64,000 bases of DNA from Tubiluchus corallicola. Lineage: Eukaryota > Animalia > Priapulida. The stretch spans positions 203,194 through 267,193 of the forward strand of contig JAQGDQ010000099.1 of assembly GCA_030141605.1 (NCBI GenBank). The letters are read 5' to 3'. The notes beneath the pieces are model-generated. The model searched no databases and had not been told where the DNA came from. It was given only the letters and a program-made list of their open reading frames with translations. The translations under genes were made by a program, and so were the position numbers. Each line of letters opens with the position of its first letter. Position 1 is the stretch's first letter. Shown here piece by piece: positions 13,601 to 26,878 of this stretch.

Positions 13601-14104
13601 GAACAACAATAACAAAATCAACACAACAGTAATAACCTACATGGTTCTACACACCGTGAAATCGACATAAACAAGTAGTGTAGCAATGTTCAAGCTAAAC
13701 TTTTATGTATCTACGAATCGTGTAGGTATGTATGCTGAAATATATTAAGCAGGTTACAGATCTGTGTATGTCCTCGCCTGGAGAACTGTACTTTTGAGAT
13801 AAGATAAATTTTGTGGTTGCACAACTATAAAAGTGAAAAGTTGTTTGCTCACAAGAAAGCGAGAATTACTTTGTTACATATATTGAACTATATATATATA
13901 TATATATACAGATTATTGGCCAACATACCGTTTGGCAAAACTAAGGGCTCAATTCACAATTAGTTGTTAATTAGTTAACATGGTTTTCTGCCGACAGATT
14001 GCTAGATTGCTAAGGTATGTGGAAATTGGCTAGGCCAATGTTAGTTTCATTTATGTCAATCTGAAAATCTCTAAAACAAGCAAAACCCAGTGGGTTAATA
14101 ATTC

Positions 14105-14122
14105 ATACAATTTTAATTCAAT

Positions 14123-14162
<40 letters not shown>

Positions 14163-14196
14163 ATTGAATTAAAATTGTATATATATATATATATAT
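14105..14196. repeat. (AT)n-centred near-perfect palindrome
   Basis: ATACAATTTTAATTCAAT-TAC(TA)n-GTC-ATTGAATTAAAATTGTAT, followed by more (AT)n. Confidence 0.85.
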
Positions 14197-14974
14197 AATG
14201 TCCTAAGGAAGCATAATCAATGGAGTGCCAGAAAAAAGCTTAATTAAAGAAAATTTAAATTGAAAGCCAATTGCATATAAGGTTTTCAGAGGCACTGGCT
14301 TTTTTGTTTGTTTGCTTATTTGTTTATTTATAATTTATTTATTTAGCTATTTATCAATTAATTTTAAAACTTGATCGTTGTTTTTGTACATAGCTAGCTA
14401 GCTGTCTCTATAAAAGTATACCTCGCCCTCTAATTGTAGCTCTAAAAGTAAAATTAGTACTTAAAATTGCAAAATCTAGTTCAACTTTACATCACCTGTT
14501 AAAGATTTTTGTTTTTGGAAAAACAGAAATGCGTGTGTCGTAATCGCTGCACTATCTGATTTTCCCCAGGACATCTATAAGCTGTCAGTACTTGAAATTA
14601 TATATTACTTTCTCTTTTCTTGGAATTTTCTGTCGCTTTCTTGGTAATATTTTCCGTGAATTGTCTAATGAATTTTCGCGTGATAATATTTCGAAAACGA
14701 TTGAAGAGTGCTGCACAGAGACGCTGCAATTTACATTGCGTTTTATGGTTGGTTAGTTTCAGAAAATATCCAGGGTTGCCAATGGGCTACTAAACAGCAT
14801 TCCAGGTGATATACCGTCGCTACCTGTGCGTTTATTTTATGGCGACAATAATTTTCATATTTCTCGTTTTAAACGTGGTCGTTAAAACGTCTGCAGACTT
14901 AAGCTCAGACATATTAAACAGTCTAAATCAGTTCTGAAAACAATGTTTGTAAAATCTCCACTTTAGGAAGTGTA

Positions 14975-15575
14975 ACTAATACTAGTAACTAATACTAGCA
15001 ACTCATATTAATAGTTAATACTAGTTACTAAAATTAGAAACTAATACTAATAACTAATACTAGTAACTAATATTGGCAACTAATACTAATAGCAAATACA
15101 GGTAACTAATATTGGAAATTAATACTAATAGCTAATATTAGTAACTAGAACTAGCAACTAATACTAATAGTTAATACTATTTACTAAAATTAGCAACTAA
15201 TACTAATAACTAATACTAGTAACTAATATTGGCAACTAATACTAATAGCAAATACAGGTAACTAATATTGGAAATTAATACTAATAGCTAATATTAGTAA
15301 CTAGAACTAGCAACTAATACTAATAGTTAATACTATTTACTAAAATTAGCAACTAATACTAATAACTAATACTAGTAACTAATATTGGCAACTAATACTA
15401 ATAGCAAATACAGGTAACTAATATTGGAAATTAATACTAATAGCTAATATTAGTAACTAGAACGAGCAACTAATACTAATAGCTAATACTAGTAACTAAT
15501 ACTAGCAACGAATACTAATAGCTAATACTAGTAACTAATACTAGCAACGAATACCAATAGATAATAGTAATACTA
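14975..15575. repeat. Minisatellite, 13-bp monomer (ACTAATACTAGTA) with a 156-bp higher-order repeat
   Basis: The diagnostic variant CAGGT recurs at 15099, 15255 and 15411. Confidence 0.9.
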
Positions 15576-16536
15576 TAGATTGTTCTTCAACAGAAGATAC
15601 TCTTTATTATTTATCCTTATGACGTTAAATTTCATAGGCATCGAATTGTTCTTCTATTTTTTCTCCAGATCTGCTTTTCTGAGGAAGCATTGTATCTGTA
15701 GAACTTCGGCCATTTCAGGCGATTTAATTTTAACGTTAATTTTACTTTTTTCACGTCTGCATCATAGCAAAATTTCGACAAAGCCTGTCGTATTCCATCT
15801 TATACCAGTATAAGTGAACAAATTTTTGGTTATCTACTCTTTGACAGTTTTCTTCAAAATCGTGCCTGAGTGTTCAGGACTGACCAATTTTTTGATAACT
15901 TTTTTGACAAACCAAATGAGGTAGCATAACATTTCTCATTATACAGTAATTTTTACCACAGTATATATTTAAAATGGCTGCAGTTATACCAGTGGAACTA
16001 GTAATTCATGAACCCGACTCTTCTAGCTGCCCGATACTCAGCCAGAGACAAAAAATTGCGCTAATGATTGCAATTTCAACATTTTTGACAAGTTGCCAGC
16101 GCAGATTCTTGGCACGAAGCCAAGATTGTCCCGTCAATGGCGTGTCAGCGCGCTCATGTGTTTGCGGTCTGTTGCTGGACTGTTTGCTTACTCTCCGAGA
16201 TAAACACGGGCTTGTTTACACGATAAGTGCTGCCAATGCGTCGTAAACAAGTTTATCTTCACTGACATTCCTTTTTGCGTTGATAGTAGGCCTACTCAAC
16301 AGTATTGTAGTGTGAATCGTACACTTATCCATATCTGAGCAAGAATAACGGAGCTCTCAATCTAATCCTACATTGTTGTAAAATTGCAAAATAACACGTA
16401 AGTTTAAATAAGTTCAGGCACACAACACACCTGATCTACTAATCGCGACAAAAAAAATTATTTCAAAATTCCAGATTTCCAAACTTTCACCAAGCAACCA
16501 AAACACTTGCACTCCCAATCATCATGAAATCATTAT

Positions 16537-16739
16537 TGTATCATTGTTGTATGCGAGGCTGACTATAGCCAACATTGTTTATGTGCAATGCATTTGAATG
16601 GCTTGTCTATATTGTCTTAATAACATTGCCTATATGATGTGTATACTGTAGCCATCAACATACGTCACACAGCAAAGTATTCAAATGCAGTGTACATGAA
16701 CATTGTTGGCTAGTCAGCCTCGCATACAACAATGATACA
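16537..16739. mobile_element. Foldback/MITE-like element, copy 1
   Basis: Perfect 29-bp terminal inverted repeat TGTATCATTGTTGTATGCGAGGCTGACTA, extending imperfectly to about 60 bp. Confidence 0.7.
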
Positions 16740-16989
16740 TTTCAGAGCCATTACACCCTGACATGTAGCATTATATTAAGTATCCTTAACTTGTATGGAC
16801 AAAAAAAATTATTTCAAAATTCCAGATTTCCAAACTTTCACCAAGCAACCAAAACACTTGCACTCCCAATCATCCACCTGAGCATTGCATATTAAGGGTG
16901 GGTCTGGTGCCATCTCAAAGATTTTACCTTTTGAGAGTATTTAATTCACCGTGTGATTTTAGAAATAGTACATCACTACGTGATTTTAT

Positions 16990-17320
16990 ATCACGCCGTG
17001 TGATAAGATGGCCGTACAATATCAAAAATGAAGATTTATACTCTAGAACTAAAGAAATTCCTTGGAATTCAAAAGTCAAGTTCCGAAGATTAAGATGGCT
17101 ATGACACCTTCTCAGATTACCAAGTGAAACCCCAGTAAGAACTGCCTTAAAGGAAGCCTTAAAACCTTGCAAAAAACCACCTGACAAACCAAAAACAAGT
17201 TGGATAGCTAAGATAAATAAACATGTTCAATAACTTCTACCAAATCTAGCTTTAGGAGTGGAAGAACGTATGCTATTACCTGCAGATAGGAGTGGGTAGG
17301 ATGCTCTAACAAATGTTAAT
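16990..17320 (+). mobile_element. Decayed 3' end of a non-LTR retrotransposon ORF (RTE-like)
   Basis: RWPYNIKNEDLY...RRLRWL*HLLRLPSETPVRTAL...KPPDKPKTSW...ADRSG*, the typical post-RT C-terminus, with stops. Confidence 0.7.
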
Positions 17321-18266
17321 GACTCAATGTCTCCAATAGATGGAATGAGACATTGAAGAAGAAGGAGTGTTCACTCGGAAGTGGTGCTGACAAGCCACTG
17401 GCATAGTAACGTCTAGTTTTTTCTGGATTACTGCCGTGTTTATCTGTCTTGTCCTTCTAGGGTAGTTTTCTTTCATTTTAGAAGTCTGCTTACCCAGTGA
17501 CTCCAATAGACGTCATGGGCATTATGATGAAGGAGGGTTTATGCGAAGTATGCTATATACGGTACGATTTTTCTAACTGTGGAGTCAAATACGACAAACT
17601 CTAACAGCTAAAAAAACTTGCCAAGATAGAAACAATATATAAGCCATCATTCTGGTACTCCAATACGTACAATGATTGAATAAAAAGCATGTCATGAATA
17701 ATCTTTGGTAGTCCTGACTCCGCGTTTCTCAAGATCTTTTCTATATTACATATTTTTTGTGATATAAAAAGTCGAAACCTTTGTCAGCATTAACTTAATG
17801 TATAGTTAAAATTATACTCAATGACTTTTGAAAATGGAAAATTTTAAATGAATGCTTCGACACGAAATTAAGAATGTTTTAAAATCAAAATGGTCGAATG
17901 TGTCTTTATACATAACACACACTGCTTTACATCAACAATTTGTGTTACTTGCACTGTTTATAACGCTCTTGCCTGCCTTAAAATACACGCGTGATAGACA
18001 CAGGCAGAACACATACATAGGAATGTGTACTTGTTGATATATGTACACAAAGTTTTTTTATAGGTCTACGTTATAGACACATTTGGTGGATTATGGGGTA
18101 ATGGACGTCCTTGAACTATTTGCATTTAAAAAACAGTGTGGAAGGAACGTGGCTGTATGTCATTGTAATGGCCTATGCACATTGCTAAAAACATATTCTT
18201 CCCTATAAGTCAAGGATATTTAAAATCTAGCTGCATGTCGGAGTACATTAGCTTTGAAATCATTAT

Positions 18267-18469
18267 TGTATCATTGTTGTATGCGAGGCTGACTATAGCC
18301 AACATTGTTTATGTGCAATGCATTTGAATGGCTTGTCTATATTGTCTTAATAACATTGCCTATATGATGTGTATACTGTAGCCATCAACATACGTCACAC
18401 AGCAAAGTATTCAAATGCAGTGTACATGAACATTGTTGGCTAGTCAGCCTCGCATACAACAATGATACA
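18267..18469. mobile_element. Foldback/MITE-like element, copy 2
   Basis: Appears identical to 16537-16739 (offset 1730). Confidence 0.7.
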
Positions 18470-18745
18470 TTTCAGAGCCATTACACCCTGACATGTAGCA
18501 TTATATTAAGTATCCTTAACTTGTATGGACGAATGTTTAGGCATACTCATAGATCATTGTTATGGCACATAACCCTGTTGGAATAACATTGTTTTTAAAT
18601 GGTGCACAACATAAACTATGTAATGTGTATTTACATTACAATCAAATTGCTGGTACGGTTAAATGATTAGTGTTTTTTTAAATAGTTTAAAATTATTATT
18701 AAACCTAAGGTAGCTAAACTCACATGTCCCACAAGCTAGCAGAGC

Positions 18746-19192
18746 ATGATGTGTGTTTGGATGACATGATAACATTGTTTGTGTGACATGTATGTAGAGT
18801 ACTAGACAACATTAAATGTGATGTGTTTGGATGACGTGACAGCATTGTTTCTGTGACGTATATGTAGATGCCTAGACAGCGTTAAGTATGAGTGTATGTT
18901 CAGATGATGTGACAGTATTGTTTCTCTGACGTGTATGTAGATGCCTAGACAGCTTTAAGTATGAGTGTATGTTCAGATGATGTGACAGTATTGTTTCTGT
19001 GACGCGTATGTAGATGCCTAGACAGTTTTAAGTATGAGTGTATGTTCAGATGATATGACAATATTGTTTCTGTGACGCGTATGTAGATGCTTAGACAACT
19101 TTAAGTATGAGTGTATGTTCAGATGATGTGACAATATTGTTTCTGTGACGTGTATGTAGATGCTTAGACAGCATTAAGTATGAGTGTATGTT
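18746..19192. repeat. 73-bp minisatellite, about 6 copies
   Basis: CAGATGA recurs at 18901, 18974, 19047 and 19120. The two 5' copies are more diverged. Confidence 0.9.
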
Positions 19193-19939
19193 ACGAACCC
19201 CAAGTGCTAGCTTGTGTTGACCATGTGGGTTCAGCTATACCTTATTTTTTAATGATTTTAGCTATTTTCAAAAAAACTCTAATCATTTAATTGTGCTGGG
19301 TTTTTATTGTTAAATGCTGGGCCAGAGTGAACTGCAAATTTAATAAAGTAATCGAACAATATCAGCCTGTTCGGATTAAAACATGTCCTGATCCAATTTT
19401 AATAGTTCATAATGTTCATAAAATCCTTGAAGCATTTCTCTTATTGTCTAACAGCTTTGGGTTGCAATCCGGGGATCCCTGGCTCAAACCGCTAGACATA
19501 GATTAAAACATTATGTGCATAAATACAACGTTTTACATAATTACCATTATAATCTTAAAATTATGAACGATTTGACGATTTGAAATATACGTAGTACAGT
19601 CTTATGAACCGGCAACAATAACCCTTTCTCTATGCAGGTATTAAAGGTGTATAAAAGTTGCATTGATATGTTTGTTTACATAGCCTAGCTATGCAATTAA
19701 TGTTTTTGCGCTGATGAATCGAAAGTTTTGAAATGTGGTGTTTCCTGTTGCTGTAAATTTAATTTCCGTTCATGGTGTAACGATTATGAAATCTCTTGAG
19801 CCATTATTTTATAGGAGTTTCTTACTGTACAAGCCAAAATAGTGGCGCCTGACGGAAAGGAAAACAACGGTAATGGCATACAACAGCAGCACTCTAGCAG
19901 CTAAGCATCAACAACAACCGTAGGGATGGTAGTAACAGC

Positions 19940-19957
19940 ATCAGTAGCAGCAGCAGC

Positions 19958-19990
<33 letters not shown>
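19940..19990. repeat. (CAG)n(CAA)n microsatellite
   Basis: Direct observation. Confidence 0.9.
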
Positions 19991-19991
<1 letters not shown>

Positions 19992-21648
19992 TACGTTAGT
20001 AACTAAAATTATTTGATATTTGAAATGCATCAACATTAAAACGGATAAAAGCATTTTACTAAAGACATTACATTGCACTAAAGACACGCGTAGATGTGCA
20101 TAATACCCAATACTGAAATTAGAGCCATTAAATGCAACGGACACGTACGTGTGGCCAAAATTAATAAACAAATTAGTAAAAAATATTGTAGTCTATCACT
20201 AGACAAGTCTACAAAAAGAACTAATACTAGCCTACACAGTACACTCACAATTATTGTAGATACAACTAAAATCGTAACACACATATATTAAAAACAATAG
20301 AAATAAGAAAAGACAAAATCACGACAAAATGTCCATAATTAATTAATTAATTAAAATGCTTCTGCATTTTTTAAAGAATTTTAGTTGAAAGTTGCAGTAG
20401 CCGCTATTTAACTTCGTAGAAGTAAATATTTTGAGTCATATGGAGTGCGGCGTTTGTATTTGTGTACATGATATACTATAATAACCACTGTGGCCTATAT
20501 AACATTATTGCCCTACATAATTATAGCGTCCTTAGCTGAAGGAAAGGTCGAGAGATATATATCGATGGGGCGGACTTGGTGCGCAAGCCAGTATGAAACA
20601 CATGTGAAATAGTCAAAGTAAATTAAAGTCAACACTTAACCCAATTAATTGTAACAAGGCAATAGTATTGATTGGTTTCCCTACAATTATAAAGATACAG
20701 AGGCAGTCTATAAAGAGGATCCTGGCGTGACGCTGAGAGCTGCAGAATTCGATTCTGAGACTGCGTCCAAAACCTATGCATATTTACGTTCAGGATGGAC
20801 ATTAATTAAGAAAGAACACTCGAAACGGAATTTGTTAATTATTTCATTGCTAAACGATGATACGTCCGAAAAACTTAATAGTATGCAGATTACGGCTGAT
20901 TTTGTTCTGCAAATTCTTATATGGCAAATGCAGCACATGTGCTTCATCAGATAAACCGTGATAAGTACTGACCACACTCTGTGGACATTATATTTAGCTA
21001 AGTTAGTTATTATTTTCAGATAAAATGTTGTCCCAATCCCGACACTTTTAATGCGTGAACCTTAGAATGTTAAAATACAGTTAACGATATTTAGATGTAT
21101 CTTTGTTTAAAGCGTGAACAGCTTGACTATTGAGGGATATATGGGAGAACAGTCGCAGAACTGTGATTAAAACTGCACATATCGATTATATGTATCGATT
21201 ATAATGTGAAATAAAGTCATGAACCCAATTTATTGCTCCCCATGCGAGTTTCGGCCACACCTGGCACATTTCAAGGTTGTTCTCGATTTCACAAAAATAC
21301 GAAAACCGTCACAGAAAACTGGTAGAATTCGTCAACATTAGCGTAAATTTTTTGAAATTTTAATGTGTTGATTTTACTCGAGCAAAAGAAATCTAAACTG
21401 TCTAGAAGTTTGCGGGAAAGCGCAGAAAAACATTCCGATCTGGCGGTGCTGTTTGTTATTTCAATTCCGTTTGATAGGCTGCTTTATGTCCAGCAGGTGA
21501 GACTGCCGAATAATTACCAAACTCAGTCGGTCATTCAAACAAAATCCTCTCTGATCAAATCTGATGTCTGCGATTTGTGATTCTTTAGAAATATTTTCAT
21601 TCGGCAAAATTCTGACGTAGTCTAGTGCACTCAAAAATGAAAAACCTC

Positions 21649-22273
21649 TTAAAGGAAGACAGGATGATTTTTCATATACTACCCCATTTTCAAGTCTGAT
21701 AAAAAGTATGCATTTTAACACAATTAATACTGCAAAAGCGTTTTTGATAATTAAATAATAGATTAAAAACTTACTTAACGGCGGGCGAGCCCAACTATTG
21801 ATGACATCACAAACTATCATAATTTTCAACAGCAAAAATATTCCGCGAGCGCGTTGTACGTGTGCGCGAAAGCGAAAATTGAAGTACAGTACTACTGTAA
21901 GATATTCAGTGTGTTGTAATAACTAAAACTAGGCAAGTTTTAAGATGAAAATTCGAATTTCAAATTCACCGCTATGGTCACACATGAGCTATCAAACGTG
22001 TGTGCTTCGTCACAAACAAACACATCTGAAGTGAGAGGCACAGCACCTGTTTTTGTGCAATGCGTTTCCGAAATGCAGGCGGTAGTGCCCATCTAATTAG
22101 CGAATGACGAAATACATGTGACAGCGAAGAACTAGTGGCGCGAACATTGTATTTGTGTGGTAATAATTCTTTCACGTAAGTCATTTTTGAAAAAACAGAA
22201 TGTTTCATTTCAATATTTTAAAGAGTAGATTTTTTTGACTTACAGTTTAAGATTGGGTCCGATTTTACTTCAA
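21649..22273 (+). mobile_element. Non-autonomous DNA transposon, Kolobok-like (TTAA target, AGG...CCT ends), copy 1
   Basis: Starts TTAA-AGGAAGACAGGA and ends GTCCGATTTTACT-TCAA. Internal blocks are shared with the three other copies. Confidence 0.65.
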
Positions 22274-23198
22274 GGTTTCTCTTCATCTTTGTGAGACGAT
22301 TGCGAGACGTACTTTGTGGCTTGTGCAATAAGATAAATTGATTTATTTCTTATTTTGTTATTTCTTGACACATATACATATATACATATTATACATATAT
22401 TAAAATAGTAAAAAAGAAAGAAATCAGCACGCAACTTACGCTGATCCTATAAAACAAAAAATGTCGCACATGAATAAAATCTATATAAAAACAATGCAAC
22501 ATTACATCTCGTTAAAAGACTCCCTTTAAAATGTAACAAAATGTGAATTATATATTAATTATTTACAACACATTATATGCAATAATATGATATAGAGAAC
22601 AAATTAGGCCTGTGATAATCTTATGGCACGCTTTGGATAAAGTTGCTATAAGCAGTAAATTAACGTAGCTACTCGATTGTTAAAAACTGATAAACTAGTA
22701 GCATCAACTACATAAGAATCACAAGATTATTCTATTAAAAGGACTTGCAAACTGGGAGAAAAAACTAATTTCAAACATACTAAGTCTTATGAGCAACCAA
22801 TTATGATATACATGAATAATTAGTTCATAATTCATACTCTTGTTTCAGGGTAAAAGGTGAATTTAATTCATGAACTTGGTGATTTATTGACGACTAGCCT
22901 TATCACACTCACGACGAACAATTTTACGTTGTGTTTAAAAATAATTTTTCTAGATAATAACACAGTGGTGTAAGCCCTAAATATTTGCTCTGGCATGACG
23001 TATAAGGCATGTGGCGTCATCTACCAATGCTCGAAGAAAAATGAAACTTTTTAAGCTAGTGCACCATTAACTTATATTGACCGAGGCGCCAGACAGATTT
23101 GAAAACAAGTAAAATATTATTTCTGCTTTACTAGTTTTAATTTTGGCTTTAAGAGATTAAAACCGGCAATTAGGGTATTGACGAACAACAATCAAATG

Positions 23199-23620
23199 TG
23201 GATTGGAACTCAGTTCATTCATCTTACATTACAAGTTAAGAAAAGACGGCAACAAAATCTATCAAGTCAGGGTTTAAGCTTTATAGTCTCAATTCACTTA
23301 TCTTGAATCTAGAAAAAAGATGCTTAAAAACAGCCAAGCCTGGATTTGAACTCAGTTCAATCTTATCACAAATTAAGAAAACGGTGGTAAAAAAATGAAG
23401 CCAGGATTTGAACTCACTTCGTTCATCTTATAAATAAAGAACTCCCAAGTATGGTTTTGAACTCAGTTCATTCAGCTTATTGTTAAGAAAAGATGATGAA
23501 AGCTGCCATGCCTGGATATGAACTCAGTTCTTATGTAAAGAACCGTTCGTAAACATCTTTCAATGGTCCTATCGAAAGTTCCCAAAAAACTGCAAAGTCG
23601 GTAGTGGAACTCAATTCTTG
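23199..23620. repeat. Degenerate ~50-70 bp tandem repeat with the core GGATTTGAACTCAGTTC
   Basis: The core recurs near 23200, 23342, 23404, 23453, 23514 and 23605, with a more degenerate copy near 23270. Confidence 0.75.
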
Positions 23621-23659
23621 TTTTCACTTTAAGTTGATACCTGTATTTATCAATTCCAG

Positions 23660-23854
23660 GTGGAAACTGCTGGACAACTGTAAGTAAGAACGGTCGGTGT
23701 CAGAATCTTGTACAAGCTTCAATCTCACAAGAAGAGTGCTGCACACAATTTGGTGGACAAGTAACAGCCTGGTCTCGTGACAATCTCACATCCGGTAAAC
23801 TCTTTTTCTACATGGCATTCGGTGGAGGAGCTCCAAACTGCCAGTCTTGCCAAA
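23660..23854 (+). CDS. FST: Follistatin exon 2, N-terminal domain
   Basis: Translates as GNCWTTVSKNGRCQNLVQASISQEECC...LFFYMAFGGGAPNCQSCQ, matching the follistatin pattern GNCW...NGRC...EECC...GGAPNC. Acceptor TTCCAG, donor GTAATG. Missed by the ORF track. Confidence 0.95.
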
Positions 23855-23904
23855 GTAATGTGATTTTTTAAATCCTTTTTTGCTTCCCCTTTATTGTGAT
23901 TTGT

Positions 23905-24322
23905 TTAAAGGACAACAGGATGGTAAAAGTACACATTTTAACATCAATATTACTGCAAAAACCATTTCTGGTAATTAAGTAATTTTGAGATAAAAATTCA
24001 AATTTGAAATTAACACTGTGCTTACGCATGAGCTTCTAAACGTGTGCATTACGTCACAAACGAACAACTTCTGAACTGAGAGGTTCACAACCTGTTTTTG
24101 TGCAACGCGTTTTCGAAATGCGCAGATGCTACTACCCATTTAGCTAACGACTGGCGGAATGCATGACAGCGAAGAATTAGACGCGCGAACGCAAAATTGC
24201 GTTTTAGCGGTAATAATTCTTTCACGTAACTCTTTCTTTAAAAATAGTGTGTTTCCCTTCAATATTTTAAAGAGTACATTGTTTTGAGCTGTAGTTTAAG
24301 GTGGTGTCCGATTTTCCTTTAA
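23905..24322 (+). mobile_element. Kolobok-like non-autonomous element, copy 2
   Basis: TTAA-AGGACAACAGGA...GTCCGATTTTCCT-TTAA, with an intact TTAA at both ends. Confidence 0.7.
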
Positions 24323-25938
24323 TAAGTGCTAGTCAAAGCGAAAACATGAACATCAGCAACAAAGCACTCATTCAACGTTTTTTGTGCTTTGTGGCTATTT
24401 AATTCACAGTATACTAATTATAGCAGAAATCGTCACATCATGAAAAATCTAACATTTTTGGGGCCTATCTGTTTGCGTGACAGTTAATTTGAAAATTTTA
24501 AAAGAAACATTGATGATTCAGAGCATATTCGTTTTTACTGATAGTTATTTATTATATATACGATTTCACTTAAAGGACTGTTTATTATTAAAATTTATGC
24601 TTGTAACGATCTTTGTCATTGGCCATCAGCAACAATTGGCCACTCCCATCCTAGCAGCTGCAAGCAACATTTTCGTAACTTCGTCACAGAACGCTTAATA
24701 AATTGCATTGATTATCATTGAGATTATGATCGCAATGATAATTCGGGTCTCAGGCCTGTATCTTTTGGTAATTTCTGTTACCGTATCTTATTTGTCATTC
24801 CGCGGCAGACAAGACCAGATTATCCTATATTCTAATAATGACTTCAGCCTAGGGTCCCTCAAACTTAAAGGGGCCGCTAAAAGATTTTCAAATAAAAATG
24901 AATAATTCACATAAATTAAAATAAAATTTCAATTTTAAAAAAGGATGCTCGGGAGTCTGGGGATAAAGGGGCCTTTTATTTGTTTGAAGCCTGCCTTTTA
25001 TTTGAGATACAGGAGCCTTGTTTCAGGCCCCTTTATGAAGTCTTTTATTGAAATATTCAAGACGGGTGCGGGCGAATTACAGGGTGGCTCCGCCTGAGGA
25101 GATCCATAATTTGATTAGCCTAGTCATCATAATGACCAAAATCCGGTTTTGCCGGTAGGTGAAGCTAAAAAATTTGTATGATATCTGTTTCGTTATGAAT
25201 CTCAGATAAAAACGTCACCTACGGTGTGCTAAATTGCATAAAAAAATCTTATACAGTTAGTATTTATTCAGCAATTCGATATTGATGTTTAGTCACCTTT
25301 AGGCTAATAAGGCTGTAGCCTTAGGCTCTAAATTTTGTTAGGCCTTCAGTATCCTGAGACCCATGACCAATTAAAGCGAGATGATGTTGTTTGGTAAACA
25401 AGATAACAAATTTATTTAAAATTGAACATGCTAAAGACAAGTACAATTCAGAATTCATGTAAAAACACTTTGTACATTTGTACATAAGCGGGCGTCCAAA
25501 AAATGTTCCCAAATTAACGTCCCCAAATGAAGTTGTAATCCTTCATCCTGGGAGAGGCATTGATAAAAGAGACCCACGTTGTTTTGCAGCCCGGTTCTTC
25601 CTATTTTCAAAAAGCTATAATTTTTTTCCTAACGTGCCCCGAGGACGTTATGTTCCTCGAATGAGCAAAAACTGACTGTTTTGGAGATTTTTCTCACGCC
25701 GTTGTAGAAAAACCATTTTCCTGGCATATGGTTGGGGTCTCGGAGAGAAATTTATGACTCTTTAGAAAGAGGAGAAGTCGAGCGGCTATAAGAAGACGTG
25801 GGCCTCTTTTACAATGTGGTACTTGAGGCCGTTTGTTTGTTGCACTTCGTTTGTTGATAGCCTTTGGCCAGTGAAACCCTTACTCCAGCCATGATTGTTT
25901 ATTACATAAATATTTGGTAAGTAGATTATTTTTTATAG

Positions 25939-26160
25939 AAACGTGTAAAATGGTGCACTGTCCAGAAAACAAAGTCTGCGTATTGCGAACAACTGGTCCA
26001 CGTTGCGTGTGCAAATCAAAATGCAGAAAATCAGACAGACGGGGTGCCGTATGTGGCTCCGACGGGCGCACCTACCGTAATTACTGTGTACTAAAGAAAC
26101 AACGCTGTCGAAAGAGGAGCAAAGCTCACGTCGAAATGGAATATAGGGGAAGGTGCAGAG
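25939..26160 (+). CDS. FST: Follistatin exon 3, FS domain 1 (EGF-like + Kazal)
   Basis: 10 Cys and the VCGSDGRTY motif. Acceptor TTTTATAG, donor GTAGGT, 222 nt. Confidence 0.95.
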
Positions 26161-26878
26161 GTAGGTAACGTGGGGTAAAATTCTGAAAAAACAGCATATT
26201 TTCATTTTGGTTTTAGTGTACCAAGTACATAGAAAAAGATACATAGCGAATAGTGTTGAAAATCTACAGACTACATTCAGTCAGAAATGTTGTCAGCCAG
26301 TCACATAGTGTCGAAAATAAAGAGAAAGGGGCATGCAAACTATAACAAATGAGTTGTTATTACTTTGTTTACATTACTGAAATTGTTATACTGTGTTCAG
26401 CTGATACATAGTATGCAGTAAATAATCTCAAAATGCGAATTTTCTTTCCTTTTTAAGACGGAAATTATTACCTTATATACTTAGAAATATATATGTACTT
26501 ATGTATACTTATAAATACGTATAAGCAGCAGGTGGCAAGTTACTTATATATATATATATAACACACATGATTTTTATATTAATAGATTGGTTTTCTTTCT
26601 TCTACAAAATTTTTTCGTACGTGGTAGCACAAAATTGTACACAATTCTGGATTTTATAGCAAGCTTGTAAATTGCTGAAACATTTTTTGCTAATTTTCTC
26701 TGTTTGCGTACTTTGCATTCAAATTAAACTTGTATTAAAAACTAATAAGGCTATCCTTTTCACCACGGCAAATCGGTTTAAAACGTTTTCACTAAAGCGT
26801 TTTCTAAACACCTACATACAGCTTGAATATATCAACGCTGGCTCCATCTATTGATAGCAATAATAATTTCTGTTTCAG

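Noticed and set aside
23199-23620. CRISPR-like repeat/spacer appearance
   Set aside because: Eukaryotic intron, degenerate repeats, spacers related to each other, and no cas genes.
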